Shown: positions 41,786-51,310, numbered from the stretch's first letter. The stretch is 53,703 nucleotides of DNA from Candidatus Epulonipiscium sp. (GCA_012520595.1 JAAYNZ010000020.1:1-53703), one strand, 5' to 3'. The notes: generated from the letters alone by a model not told the origin. Program-made: numbers and translations.

Positions 41786-42976
41786 GTGAAAGAGATTTAT
41801 TTAGATTACGCAGCGACAACACCGCCTTCTTCTGAATCCGTTCAAAGTATGCTTAAAGTACTAGAAAAAGATTACGGAAATCCCTCTTCCTTGCATCGAA
41901 AAGGTATGAAAGCAGAAGAATATATAAAAAGAACAAGTGATGAGATCGCTAAGCATTTAAAAGTAACACCAGAAGAATTGTATTATACTTCAGGAGGAAC
42001 CGAATCAAATAATCTAGGAATTTTAGGAGTGGCTACTAGTTATAAAAGAACAGGTAAACATGTAATTACAACGAAGATTGAACATTCTTCTGTACAAGGT
42101 CCCTTCCAAAAGCTAGAAGAAAAAGGTTATGAAGTGACCTATGTGCCTGTTGATTCCCAAGGCTATGTAGATATAGAGTTTTTAAGACAATCCATTCGCC
42201 CAGATACCATTTTAGTGAGTATAATGCATGTGAATAATGAGATAGGCACCATTCAACCCATTGAACAAATTGGTCATTTGATCAAAGAAGTCAATCCTTT
42301 AGCTCTGTTTCATGTAGATGGAGTTCAATCCTTTGGAAAATTTCCTATTTATCCAAAACGATGGAAGATTGATTTATTGAGTATTAGTGGTCATAAAATT
42401 TATGCTCCCAAAGGAATCGGTGTCTTGTATGTGGCTAAGAACACAAAAATAGAGCCTCTTTTCTATGGTGGAAATCAACAAAACGGACTACGTTCGGGAA
42501 CAGAAAATGTTCCAGGTATTGTGGCTCTTTATCCAGCAGTTAAAAATGCTTATGAAAACTTGCAGGAGCATACTGCCTACTTATATCAACTAAAAAAACT
42601 TTTGGTAACAGAGCTAACATCCCAACTGGAAAATACATTTTTACAGGGACCTTCAGTAGAAGAGGGAGCTCCTCATATCTTAAATATACGCTTTCAAGAT
42701 GTAAGAGGAGAAGTACTAGTCCATGCTTTAGAAGATAAGAAAATTTATATTTCTACTGGTTCCGCTTGTTCTTCTCGCAAATCCAATAAAAGCATGACTC
42801 TGCAAGCCATAGGATTATCTGATGAGCAAATCATGTCTTCTGTAAGAATTAGTTTATCACCTTGCACAACAAAAGAAGACATACAAAAGTGTGTTTACGA
42901 AATGAAACAAATAGTACCTATGCTACGGAAATTTGTTCCAGGAGGAAAAAAGAATGAAAAAATTATTTTTAATTAA
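41786..42976 (+). CDS. Cysteine desulfurase (IscS/NifZ-like, partner of ThiI)
   Basis: YLDYAATT, SGGTESNN, SGHK and STGSACSS motifs. Confidence 0.93.
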   Translation: MKEIYLDYAATTPPSSESVQSMLKVLEKDYGNPSSLHRKGMKAEEYIKRTSDEIAKHLKVTPEELYYTSGGTESNNLGILGVATSYKRTGKHVITTKIEHSSVQGPFQKLEEKGYEVTYVPVDSQGYVDIEFLRQSIRPDTILVSIMHVNNEIGTIQPIEQIGHLIKEVNPLALFHVDGVQSFGKFPIYPKRWKIDLLSISGHKIYAPKGIGVLYVAKNTKIEPLFYGGNQQNGLRSGTENVPGIVALYPAVKNAYENLQEHTAYLYQLKKLLVTELTSQLENTFLQGPSVEEGAPHILNIRFQDVRGEVLVHALEDKKIYISTGSACSSRKSNKSMTLQAIGLSDEQIMSSVRISLSPCTTKEDIQKCVYEMKQIVPMLRKFVPGGKKNEKIIFN

Positions 42977-44129
42977 ATATGGTGAAATTGCTATCAAAGG
43001 GAAAAACCGATATTTATTTGAAGATGCTTTACTACGAAACATTCGAAAAAGCATTCAAGATATTGGCTCTTTTAAATTGGTTAAGGAACAAGGTAGGATT
43101 ATCGTTGAACCTAGAGATGATAACTACGATGAAGAGGAAGTTAAAGAGCGATTAACAAGAGTATTTGGCATTGTAGGGATTTGCCCTGTTATTAAAGTAG
43201 ATAGCCTTGATTTTGAAGAAATTCAGAAAAATGTTTTGCTTTATATGCAAGAAACTTATCAAGATCAAAAGTTGACGTTTAAAGTAGAAGCCCGACGTTC
43301 CAATAAATCCTATCCCTTAAATTCACCAGAGATAGCAAGGGAAGTTGGAGCCTATCTACTGGAGCATATGCCTACTCTTTCTGTTGATGTACATCATCCC
43401 CAAGTACGAGTGTGGATTGAATTAAGGAATTCGGTTTATATTTATTCCAAAGTGATCCCAGGTTTAGGAGGAATGCCTGTAGGTACCAATGGAAAAGCAA
43501 TGCTACTACTATCAGGAGGAATAGACAGTCCTGTTGCTGGTTGGATGATTGCTAAAAGAGGGGTCAAGTTAGAAGGCGTTTATTTTCACAGTCATCCTTA
43601 TACGAGTGATCGAGCCAAAGAAAAAGTCATTGAATTGGGACGAAAATTAGCAGTTTACACAGGGGAATTTACACTTCATGTCGTTCCTTTTACAACTATC
43701 CAAATGGAAATTTATGAAAAATGTCCCCATGTACAACTTACTATTATTATGAGAAGAATCATGATGAGAATTGCAGAGGAAATAGCTAAAAAACAAAAGG
43801 CTTTTGGATTAATAACGGGAGAAAGTATTGGACAAGTAGCCAGTCAAACCATTCAAAGTTTAAGTGTGACCAATGCAGTTTGTACCTTACCTGTTTTTCG
43901 TCCACTAATTGGTTTTGATAAGCAAGAGATTATTACCATTGCAGAAAAAATTGATACCTATGAGACATCCATTCTCCCTTATGAAGATTGTTGTACTATT
44001 TTTGTTGCAAAACATCCTCAAACAAAGCCTAAATTGGAAAATATTGAGCAGTCAGAAAAACTTTTAGAACAAATGGATGTAATGATAAAAGAAGCTATTG
44101 AAAAAACAGAGGTTATTCGGGTTTCATAA
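42954..44129 (+). CDS. thiI: tRNA 4-thiouridine synthase ThiI
   Basis: KYGEIAIKGKNR, THUMP domain, LLSGGIDS, GQVASQT and EDCC motifs. Confidence 0.96.
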   Translation: MKKLFLIKYGEIAIKGKNRYLFEDALLRNIRKSIQDIGSFKLVKEQGRIIVEPRDDNYDEEEVKERLTRVFGIVGICPVIKVDSLDFEEIQKNVLLYMQETYQDQKLTFKVEARRSNKSYPLNSPEIAREVGAYLLEHMPTLSVDVHHPQVRVWIELRNSVYIYSKVIPGLGGMPVGTNGKAMLLLSGGIDSPVAGWMIAKRGVKLEGVYFHSHPYTSDRAKEKVIELGRKLAVYTGEFTLHVVPFTTIQMEIYEKCPHVQLTIIMRRIMMRIAEEIAKKQKAFGLITGESIGQVASQTIQSLSVTNAVCTLPVFRPLIGFDKQEIITIAEKIDTYETSILPYEDCCTIFVAKHPQTKPKLENIEQSEKLLEQMDVMIKEAIEKTEVIRVS

Positions 44130-44130
44130 A

Positions 44131-44162
44131 AATAAAATCCACTGTTTACAGTGGATTTTATT
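44131..44162. terminator. Bidirectional terminator between thiI and the HPr-like gene
   Basis: aataaaatccactgt-tt-acagtggattttatt, perfect 15-bp arms. Confidence 0.8.
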
Positions 44163-44182
44163 ACACGAAATGGTTAAAAAAC

Positions 44183-44416
44183 TTATTCAACAATAAAAGA
44201 TTGAATATCTGCAATTACTTGATCTGCTTCAGCATCATCATGAATATCTAATCGAATGGGTTTACTTAAGTCTAAGCTAAAAATTCCCATAATAGATTTT
44301 GCATCAATAACATATCTACCTGATACCAAATCAAAATCAGTATCATATTTACTAATGGTATTGACAAAGTTTTTAACTTTATCGATGGAACTTAAAGAAA
44401 TGTTTACAGATTTCAT
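44183..44416 (-). CDS. HPr-family protein lacking the His15 site
   Basis: DAKSIMGIFSL (Ser46 motif) is present; there is no GxHARP motif. RBS aggggg. Confidence 0.88.
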   Translation of the reverse strand: MKSVNISLSSIDKVKNFVNTISKYDTDFDLVSGRYVIDAKSIMGIFSLDLSKPIRLDIHDDAEADQVIADIQSFIVE

Positions 44417-44458
44417 GATATAACCCCCTTACGCATTAAATGATGTTCTTACATGTCT

Positions 44459-44487
44459 ATAGTACCGTTTAGGGTAATTTTTGTCAA
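44459..44487 (-). promoter_or_regulatory. Sigma-A promoter for the HPr-like gene
   Basis: Minus strand TTGACA-N17-TACTAT. Confidence 0.7.
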
Positions 44488-44650
44488 TGAGTATTTTAGC
44501 CAAAAAAATCATGTGCAAATGTTAGATTATCCCTAAAGTAAAGAGAATTTTTTCTATTTATTGTTTTTTAATGTAATTTTTTATATAATCAATTTATAAA
44601 GCAAAGTTTACTTTCTTTATTCAAATACACCGATGGAGGAGGTATTAAAG

Positions 44651-45724
44651 GTGAAACGAAATTTATGCTTGATCTTATGTATTCTATTTTTTATTGTTGG
44701 TTGTAGTAAAAATAAGGTCAATTCGTCCACTCCTATGGTGCCAAGTACAGAATGTAGGACAGAAGTAAAAGGTTTAGTTTTAAAATATGTATTGATTGAT
44801 ACTGCTTATGAAATATACCAAGTAAATGCACAAAAAATAGATGTTTTTTCAGAACAGGAATATGCAAGTATAGGAAAAGATACACACGATCATTATTTAT
44901 GGTTGATAGATACTTATGAACAGTTTGATGAGGAGATGAAAATAGAATTACATGCTATTTTTGAGTCGATTCACCCTTGGGCATTGATGAATCAAACTAC
45001 ACCATTGAAAGATCATGCAAACGTAGAGGAAATCATTGGATGTTTACATGGATCTAACCAACTAAGATTAAATAAAAAGTTAAAAAAATCAATCTCTACA
45101 TTTTTTCCTTATTTTTATTATGGTTTTTTACAAGACTACCTAGAAATTAACCAAGAAACATTTGATCAATATGCAGAAGAAATTAATCAGCAATTAAATC
45201 AACATAATGCCAATATTATTGAGTTTATGGAAAAAATTTCAGGATTGAAATTTAAGACCAGATACAAACCTATTTTTTATTATACGCTACGACCTATTGG
45301 AGCCATGGGTTTTAACAATGGGAATAAAAAAATTTCTACACTTCAGAGGACGTGTAGAGATGATGCAATACTTTTTAGTACTCCCTTTCATGAATTTTCT
45401 CATGAGCTTTTTCAGCAATTTACAAAAAGTAAAGAATTTAAAAACATAGGAAAACAACTAAAACAAATTGAAACTTTTGAAGCAGATTGGATAAATGGAA
45501 TGCAAGACAGCTATAGTTGGCTCGCATGGTGTGAAGAAAATTTAGTAGAAGGATTTGCAAAATATTTACGATATAAATATTATGGGACTTCTTCCATAGA
45601 AGGAATTTATACTTATGATGAAGATTTTTTCAATTATTTAAAAGATCTAAACTTTGATGCCAGTGATCAATCCCTTAAAGAAGCTAGTATTTTATTTTAT
45701 ACAAAGATTATTGAAGAACAGTAA
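44651..45724 (+). CDS. Uncharacterised lipoprotein with an HExxH motif (putative zinc metallopeptidase)
   Basis: GTG after ggaggaggt; MKR...FIVG/C lipobox; FHEFSHE and downstream EENLVEG. Confidence 0.7.
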   Translation: MKRNLCLILCILFFIVGCSKNKVNSSTPMVPSTECRTEVKGLVLKYVLIDTAYEIYQVNAQKIDVFSEQEYASIGKDTHDHYLWLIDTYEQFDEEMKIELHAIFESIHPWALMNQTTPLKDHANVEEIIGCLHGSNQLRLNKKLKKSISTFFPYFYYGFLQDYLEINQETFDQYAEEINQQLNQHNANIIEFMEKISGLKFKTRYKPIFYYTLRPIGAMGFNNGNKKISTLQRTCRDDAILFSTPFHEFSHELFQQFTKSKEFKNIGKQLKQIETFEADWINGMQDSYSWLAWCEENLVEGFAKYLRYKYYGTSSIEGIYTYDEDFFNYLKDLNFDASDQSLKEASILFYTKIIEEQ

Positions 45725-45753
45725 AAGGATAAGAGATTAATTGAGGTGCTAGA

Positions 45754-47103
45754 ATGAAAATAGTAAATCATGAAAATTTAAATGGACTTCAAAATAAAAA
45801 AATCATAGCTGGATTTACTCTTGGATGTAAAGTAAACCAGTATGAAACCGAAGCCATTATGGAGCTTTTTAAAAATAGAGGATATGAAATTGGTTTTTTT
45901 GAAGACTATGCCGATATTTATCTTATCAATACATGCACTGTAACAAATGTAGGAGATAAAAAATCGAGGCAAATGATTCGTAGGGTCCACAAGAAAAATC
46001 CGAATGCTACCATTATTGTTGTGGGTTGTTATGCTCAAGTTGCTCCAAAAGAAGTAGCAATGATCGAAGGAGTTGATATGGTACTAGGAACCCACCAAAG
46101 AAATCAAATTGTTGATTTATACGAAGAATATACAAAACTACAAGAACCCATTATTCAGGTGGATAACATCATGAAAGTCAGAGAATTTGAAGAAATGAGC
46201 ATTTCAACTTTACAAGAAAAAACTCGAGCCTACCTAAAAATTCAAGAAGGTTGTGATCGTTTTTGCTCTTATTGTATTATTCCCTATACAAGAGGGCCTG
46301 TACGAAGTCGTTCTCCAGAAAATATCATAAAAGAAATTAAAACATTAGTAGCCAATGGATACAAAGAAATTGTATTAACAGGTATTCATGTAGGATCCTA
46401 TGGAAAAGATATTAAAAATATTGATTTAAATGAATTGCTTAAAAATATTCATTCTATTCAAGAGCTAGAACGTATTCGCTTTAGTTCTATTGAGCCAACA
46501 TTTGTTACGGATGCTTTTATTCAAACCATACAAAGATTGCCAAAAGTATGTCGCCATTTTCATTTATCTTTACAAAGTGGTTCGAACCGAACTTTAAAGA
46601 GAATGAATCGTAAATATACAAAAGAAATGTATCAAGAAAAAGCAGAAATACTACGTAAAGCTTTCATAGATGTGGCATTGACAACAGATGTAATTGTTGG
46701 ATTCCCTGGAGAAACCAGGGAAGACTTTGAGGAAAGTTATAAGTTTGTAGAACAGATCCAATTTAGCAAAATCCATGTTTTTCCTTATTCCCCCAAAAAA
46801 GGAACACCAGCTGCTCAATACCCAGATCAACTTTCCAATAAAATCAAAGAAGAGCGAAGTAAACAAATGATTCAGTTAGGAGAAAAATTAGAAAGCCAGT
46901 TTTTAAAGAAACATTTAAATACCATTCAAAAAGTTCTTTTTGAAACGAGAGTTAGTGAAGGCAATCAATATGAAGGTCATACTTCCAACTATATGAAGGT
47001 CCAAGCTTACTCATCTCGATCCTTAGAAAATGAAACCCAGCTGGTTAGAATCATTGATCATCGAAAAGATCATCTTATTGGTGAAATACTTGACAATCAA
47101 TAA
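45754..47103 (+). CDS. mtaB: tRNA t6A37 methylthiotransferase MtaB
   Basis: TLGCKVNQYE, INTCTVT, QEGCDRFCSYC and HVFPYS motifs. Confidence 0.94.
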   Translation: MKIVNHENLNGLQNKKIIAGFTLGCKVNQYETEAIMELFKNRGYEIGFFEDYADIYLINTCTVTNVGDKKSRQMIRRVHKKNPNATIIVVGCYAQVAPKEVAMIEGVDMVLGTHQRNQIVDLYEEYTKLQEPIIQVDNIMKVREFEEMSISTLQEKTRAYLKIQEGCDRFCSYCIIPYTRGPVRSRSPENIIKEIKTLVANGYKEIVLTGIHVGSYGKDIKNIDLNELLKNIHSIQELERIRFSSIEPTFVTDAFIQTIQRLPKVCRHFHLSLQSGSNRTLKRMNRKYTKEMYQEKAEILRKAFIDVALTTDVIVGFPGETREDFEESYKFVEQIQFSKIHVFPYSPKKGTPAAQYPDQLSNKIKEERSKQMIQLGEKLESQFLKKHLNTIQKVLFETRVSEGNQYEGHTSNYMKVQAYSSRSLENETQLVRIIDHRKDHLIGEILDNQ

Positions 47104-47114
47104 AACTGTTTCAT

Positions 47115-47143
47115 TTGCATAAACAAAAAATCTATATTATGAT
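47115..47143 (+). promoter_or_regulatory. Putative sigma-A promoter for ireB
   Basis: TTGCAT-N17-TATGAT. Confidence 0.45.
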
Positions 47144-47182
47144 TATAAATAGAAATGATTTTGTAGTAGGAGAGTGAAAATC

Positions 47183-47452
47183 ATGAATTCTTTTAACAAA
47201 ACGGTTCATTTTAATGTTAAAAAAGAAGAAATGAATGAAGCACAGAATATTTTATTAAGTGTATATGAAGCTTTGGTAGAAAAAGGATATAACCCTATTA
47301 ATCAAATTGTTGGCTATATTTTGTCTGGAGATCCGACATATATTACTAGCTATAACAATGCTCGAAGTAAAATTAGGAAATTAGAAAGAGATGAATTGTT
47401 AGAAGAATTGGTTAAAAGTTATTTAAAAGATCATCACCAAGATAATAAATAA
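47183..47452 (+). CDS. ireB: IreB/ReoM family regulatory phosphoprotein (UPF0297); start 47174 or 47183
   Basis: [23 protein letters not shown]. Confidence 0.93.
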   Translation: MNSFNKTVHFNVKKEEMNEAQNILLSVYEALVEKGYNPINQIVGYILSGDPTYITSYNNARSKIRKLERDELLEELVKSYLKDHHQDNK

Positions 47453-47485
47453 ATAATAAAAACTGGATCATATTATTTTAAAAGA

Positions 47486-47514
47486 TTGTACTGAATGAAT
47501 GACATGTATATAAT
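47486..47514 (+). promoter_or_regulatory. Putative sigma-A promoter for ruvX
   Basis: TTGTAC-N17-TATAAT. Confidence 0.55.
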
Positions 47515-47549
47515 AGAAAAGATTGTATAAACTAGAAAGGGGGAAAAGA

Positions 47550-47972
47550 TTGAGAATATTAGGTTTAGATTTTGGAGAAAAAACCTTAGGTGTTGCCATT
47601 AGTGATCCTTTTGGTTGGACAGCACAAGGAGTGGAAACCATCCATCGTAAAGGAGAAGAGGAGATAGAGGGAACGCTAAAGCGTTTACAAGAAATTATAA
47701 ATGACTATCAAGTAGAAGAAATAGTACTAGGTTTGCCAAAAAATATGAACAACACGTTGGGGCCTAGGGCTGAGAAAACTCTTTTATTTAAAGAACAATT
47801 ACAAAATAAATTTTCTTTACCTGTTCATGTTTGGGATGAAAGATTAAGTACAGTAGCAGCTAATCGAAGTCTTTTAGAAGCAGATATTAGTAGAAAAAAA
47901 AGAAAAAAAGTCATTGATAAAATGGCCGCTACTTATATTTTGCAAGGTTATTTGGATCACTTATCTAATTAA
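47550..47972 (+). CDS. ruvX: RuvX/YqgF nuclease
   Basis: [21 protein letters not shown] and DKMAA..ILQGYL motifs. TTG after aggggg. Confidence 0.95.
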   Translation: MRILGLDFGEKTLGVAISDPFGWTAQGVETIHRKGEEEIEGTLKRLQEIINDYQVEEIVLGLPKNMNNTLGPRAEKTLLFKEQLQNKFSLPVHVWDERLSTVAANRSLLEADISRKKRKKVIDKMAATYILQGYLDHLSN

Positions 47973-48040
47973 GTAAAAGACATAGAATTAATAAAATATC
48001 TTGATTGAACTCACTAAATAAACTAAAAGAGGTGTATAAA

Positions 48041-48325
48041 ATGGAACATGAAGAATTTGAAAGTATTTATTTCACAATGGAAGATACAGAAGAAGAAATA
48101 GAATTTATTATTTTAGATCATGTAACTTGGAATAAAGAAAATTATATTTTAGTCATTGAAGCAGATAAATTAGATGATGAAGAAGCCGATGCTATGATTT
48201 TAAAGGAAAAAGAAAGCGATACTGAAGATGTTGTTTATGAAATTATTGAAGATGAAAATGAAATGTACCAAGTAGCTGAAAAATTTAGAGAATTGGCAGA
48301 AGAATATGATCTTGACGTAGAATAA
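48041..48325 (+). CDS. Acidic DUF1292-like protein
   Basis: Very acidic small protein in the ireB-ruvX-DUF1292 arrangement. ATG after gaggtg. Confidence 0.8.
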   Translation: MEHEEFESIYFTMEDTEEEIEFIILDHVTWNKENYILVIEADKLDDEEADAMILKEKESDTEDVVYEIIEDENEMYQVAEKFRELAEEYDLDVE

Positions 48326-48336
48326 AATGCATTTAT

Positions 48337-48355
48337 TAAAATGATTCTTACTATC
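48337..48355. promoter_or_regulatory. Fur-box-like site next to the -35 of the fur promoter
   Basis: TAAAATGATTCTTACTATC matches 13/19 of GATAATGATAATCATTATC. Confidence 0.45.
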
Positions 48356-48357
48356 AA

Positions 48358-48386
48358 TTGACAAAAACCTAAGAAGCCTATATAAT
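48358..48386 (+). promoter_or_regulatory. Consensus sigma-A promoter for fur
   Basis: Perfect TTGACA-N17-TATAAT. Confidence 0.85.
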
Positions 48387-48470
48387 ATCCTTAGAAAAGT
48401 AAGTTGTTAGATTTACAAATGATAAAGTAATTGATTTTATCAAAGGAATTCTAACGGATTGGGGGCTTCT

Positions 48471-48923
48471 ATGAATATTAATAACACATTTAAAGACATG
48501 CTAAAAGAAAAAGGATACAAACTTACTACACAGCGTCGGGCAGTCTTAGATGTACTTCAAAATCATATAGGAGATCATTTAACAACAGAAGAAATTTATC
48601 AATATGTTAAGCTCCAATGTCCAGAAATTGGGCTTGCCACAGTTTATCGAACAGTACAATTATTAGAAGAGTTAAAGATTATTGATCGGCTTACTTTTGA
48701 TGATGGTTGTAATCGATATGAATTAGGAACTTTTGGAGAAGATCATCATCATCATCATTTGATTTGCGATTTTTGCGGACAAATTTTTGAAGTGGAAGAA
48801 GATTTAATGGATGCAATAGAGATACAGGTGGAAAAAAAGTATAAGTTTCAAGTTACAAATCATAAAGTGAAATTTTACGGAATTTGTCATCAGTGTCATG
48901 CGAAAAAACATCCTACTTCTTAG
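48471..48923 (+). CDS. fur: Fur-family transcriptional repressor
   Basis: TTQRRAVL, GLATVYR, HHHHHLICDFCG and GICHQC motifs. Confidence 0.92.
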   Translation: MNINNTFKDMLKEKGYKLTTQRRAVLDVLQNHIGDHLTTEEIYQYVKLQCPEIGLATVYRTVQLLEELKIIDRLTFDDGCNRYELGTFGEDHHHHHLICDFCGQIFEVEEDLMDAIEIQVEKKYKFQVTNHKVKFYGICHQCHAKKHPTS

Positions 48924-48933
48924 GATGTTTTTT
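48903..48933. terminator. Terminator overlapping the fur stop, probably bidirectional
   Basis: aaaaaacatccta / taggatgtttttt. Confidence 0.75.
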
Positions 48934-48960
48934 TATGTCCAATTAAAGATTGACTTCATA

Positions 48961-48989
48961 TTGAAATAGCATCATTTAAATGGTATAAT
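48961..48989 (+). promoter_or_regulatory. Sigma-A-like promoter pointing antisense through the CBM gene toward rnj
   Basis: TTGAAA-N17-TATAAT with an extended TG. Confidence 0.6.
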
Positions 48990-48997
48990 CTTACATA

Positions 48998-49357
48998 TTA
49001 CCATTGAGGTCTTGTTCGAGATTTAAAGTGATAGTCCCTTCCACTGTTGTTATCCCAATATCCTAATCCATTATGGAAGGCCATATGAAGGACTTGATTT
49101 TCAACAAGAGGAAGTGTAATTTCCATGTCTTGATCTTGAGAAGAAATTAAGGGAATATCTTGAATATCATTCCATACATTACTATCATTTCCATATCCGA
49201 TTCGAGCATAAATTTCAGATTCGCCAGACTGTGTGAGAAGTCCCTTATATTTCACAGTTAACTGATTACCAATAGGAGTATTGCAAGGAGAAAATGCAAC
49301 CCCGTTTTGAATATAACCCTTTTTGTTTTCTTGAAAGAGAGAAGATAGAGAATCCAT
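48998..49357 (-). CDS. Small stand-alone starch/glycogen-binding module protein (CBM25/CBM53-like)
   Basis: V.Y.GLL...G..EIY..IGYG...W and AFH...WDNNSGRDYHF patterns. RBS aaggag. No signal peptide. Confidence 0.75.
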   Translation of the reverse strand: MDSLSSLFQENKKGYIQNGVAFSPCNTPIGNQLTVKYKGLLTQSGESEIYARIGYGNDSNVWNDIQDIPLISSQDQDMEITLPLVENQVLHMAFHNGLGYWDNNSGRDYHFKSRTRPQW

Positions 49358-49412
49358 TTGCCAATCTCCTTTCCAATATTTTAAAAAAATTTGGATAAAA
49401 TAAAGATATATT

Positions 49413-49441
49413 TATTATTAGAGAAATAATTATAAATATAC
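49413..49441 (-). promoter_or_regulatory. Possible sigma-G (forespore) promoter for the CBM gene
   Basis: Minus strand GTATA-N17-AATAATA. The region is AT-rich, so a chance match is possible. Confidence 0.4.
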
Positions 49442-49640
49442 ATGGTATCCTTTTCTGCAAAAGGATATAGAAATCCATAACGGAATGAAAGTAACTTCAC
49501 TTAAATAAAATAAAAACTAGAAAAAACTTTTCAATGTCTGTAGAGGAAAAAACAGACATTTTTAAAAGTATAGAGGATGGTTTATGTTAAATAATCAAAA
49601 GGAAAGAAAGATAAGAAAGAAAAATAACGGAGGTGTCATT

Positions 49641-51302
49641 TTGGCAGCAAAGAAAGGAAAACTGAAAATCATTCCACTAGGAGGCTTGGATCAGATTGGC
49701 AAAAATATTACAGCCTTTGAATACAACAATGATATTGTTGTTGTTGATTGTGGAATAGCCTTCCCAGAGGATGACATGTTAGGAGTGGATTTAGTCATTC
49801 CTGATGTTACGTATCTTAAGCGAAACCAAGATCGAGTAAAGGGAATTGTTTTGACACATGGACATGAAGACCATATTGGAGCTTTGCCTTATGTTCTTCG
49901 AGAATTAAATGTACCCATTTATGGTACTCGCTTGACGATCGGATTAGTTGAAAATAAGTTAAAAGAACATAATATGCTTAATACTGTATCTAGAAATTGT
50001 ATTGTACCCGGTCAAATGATCCAATTAGGTGTTTTTAAAGTAGAATTTATTCGAACTAACCACAGTATTGCAGATGCTGTTGCTTTAGCTATCCATACTC
50101 CTGTAGGAGTTGTAATTCATTCTGGAGACTTTAAAATTGATTATACACCGATTTACGGAGACATGATCGATTTGCAAAGATTTGCTGAATTAGGCAAAAA
50201 AGGAGTATTAGCTTTTCTTTGTGATAGCACCAATGCAGAAAGAAAAGGATATACTATGTCAGAAAGAACAGTAGGAAAAGTATTTGAAGATGTTTTTTCT
50301 CAATCGATAAATCAACGTATTATGGTAGCAACTTTTGCTTCGAATGTAGATCGATTGCAACAAATTTTTGATGCCGCTTATAAATACAAAAGAAAAGTAG
50401 CTGTAGTTGGTAGAAGTATGGTAAATGTAGTAAAAACAGCTACTGAATTAGGGTATCTTATGATTCCTAATCGTACTTTAATTGAATTAGCAGAAATTAA
50501 TCGCTATTCGGATGATCAGTTGGTGATTATTACAACTGGAAGCCAGGGGGAGCCTATGGCTGCATTATCTAGGATGGCTTCTTCAGAGCATCGGCAAGTA
50601 GATATTAGACCAGGAGATAAGATTATTTTGAGCTCCACTCCCATACCTGGGAATGAAAAAACAGTATCTCGAGTGATTAATGAACTGTTTAGAAAAGGGG
50701 CTGAAGTTATTTTTGAAGATACTCATGTATCTGGACATGCTTGTCAAGAAGAATTAAAAATCCTTCATAGTTTAATTAAACCTAAGTTTTTTATTCCTGT
50801 TCATGGAGAATATCGGCATTTAAAGAAACACGCTGAATTGGCTCAGCAACTGGGCATGGATTCAAAAAATATTTTTCTCTTATCTGTGGGAAATATTTTA
50901 GAACTTAGTAAGGATGAAGGAAAAGTTACAGGCAATGTACCAGCTGGTCAAGTATTAGTTGATGGTTTAGGAGTAGGCGATGTAGGCAATATTGTTCTTC
51001 GTGATCGTAAACATTTATCACAAGATGGTTTATTGGTTGTTGTTGTTACTCTTCAAAGACAGTCAAATATTGTATTATCTGGGCCTGATATTATTTCACG
51101 AGGTTTTGTATATGTACGTGAAGCTGAAAATTTAATGGAAAATGCAAAAAAAGTTGTACAAGAAGCTTTAGAAAAATGTCAAGACAGTAATATTACAGAG
51201 TGGGCTTCTATTAAGAATATTATCAAAGAAGCATTACGAGAGTTTTTATGGCAAAAAACAAAAAGAAGTCCTATGATTTTACCTATTATTATGGAAGTAT
51301 AA
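49641..51302 (+). CDS. rnj: Ribonuclease J
   Basis: PLGGL.QIGKN, THGHEDHIG, TGSQGEP, HVSGH and PVHGE motifs. TTG after ggaggtg. Confidence 0.97.
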   Translation: MAAKKGKLKIIPLGGLDQIGKNITAFEYNNDIVVVDCGIAFPEDDMLGVDLVIPDVTYLKRNQDRVKGIVLTHGHEDHIGALPYVLRELNVPIYGTRLTIGLVENKLKEHNMLNTVSRNCIVPGQMIQLGVFKVEFIRTNHSIADAVALAIHTPVGVVIHSGDFKIDYTPIYGDMIDLQRFAELGKKGVLAFLCDSTNAERKGYTMSERTVGKVFEDVFSQSINQRIMVATFASNVDRLQQIFDAAYKYKRKVAVVGRSMVNVVKTATELGYLMIPNRTLIELAEINRYSDDQLVIITTGSQGEPMAALSRMASSEHRQVDIRPGDKIILSSTPIPGNEKTVSRVINELFRKGAEVIFEDTHVSGHACQEELKILHSLIKPKFFIPVHGEYRHLKKHAELAQQLGMDSKNIFLLSVGNILELSKDEGKVTGNVPAGQVLVDGLGVGDVGNIVLRDRKHLSQDGLLVVVVTLQRQSNIVLSGPDIISRGFVYVREAENLMENAKKVVQEALEKCQDSNITEWASIKNIIKEALREFLWQKTKRSPMILPIIMEV

Positions 51303-51310
51303 AGGAATTA

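Noticed and set aside
48744-48758. (CAT)5 microsatellite
   Set aside because: It encodes the His-rich metal-binding motif of Fur and is not a contingency repeat.
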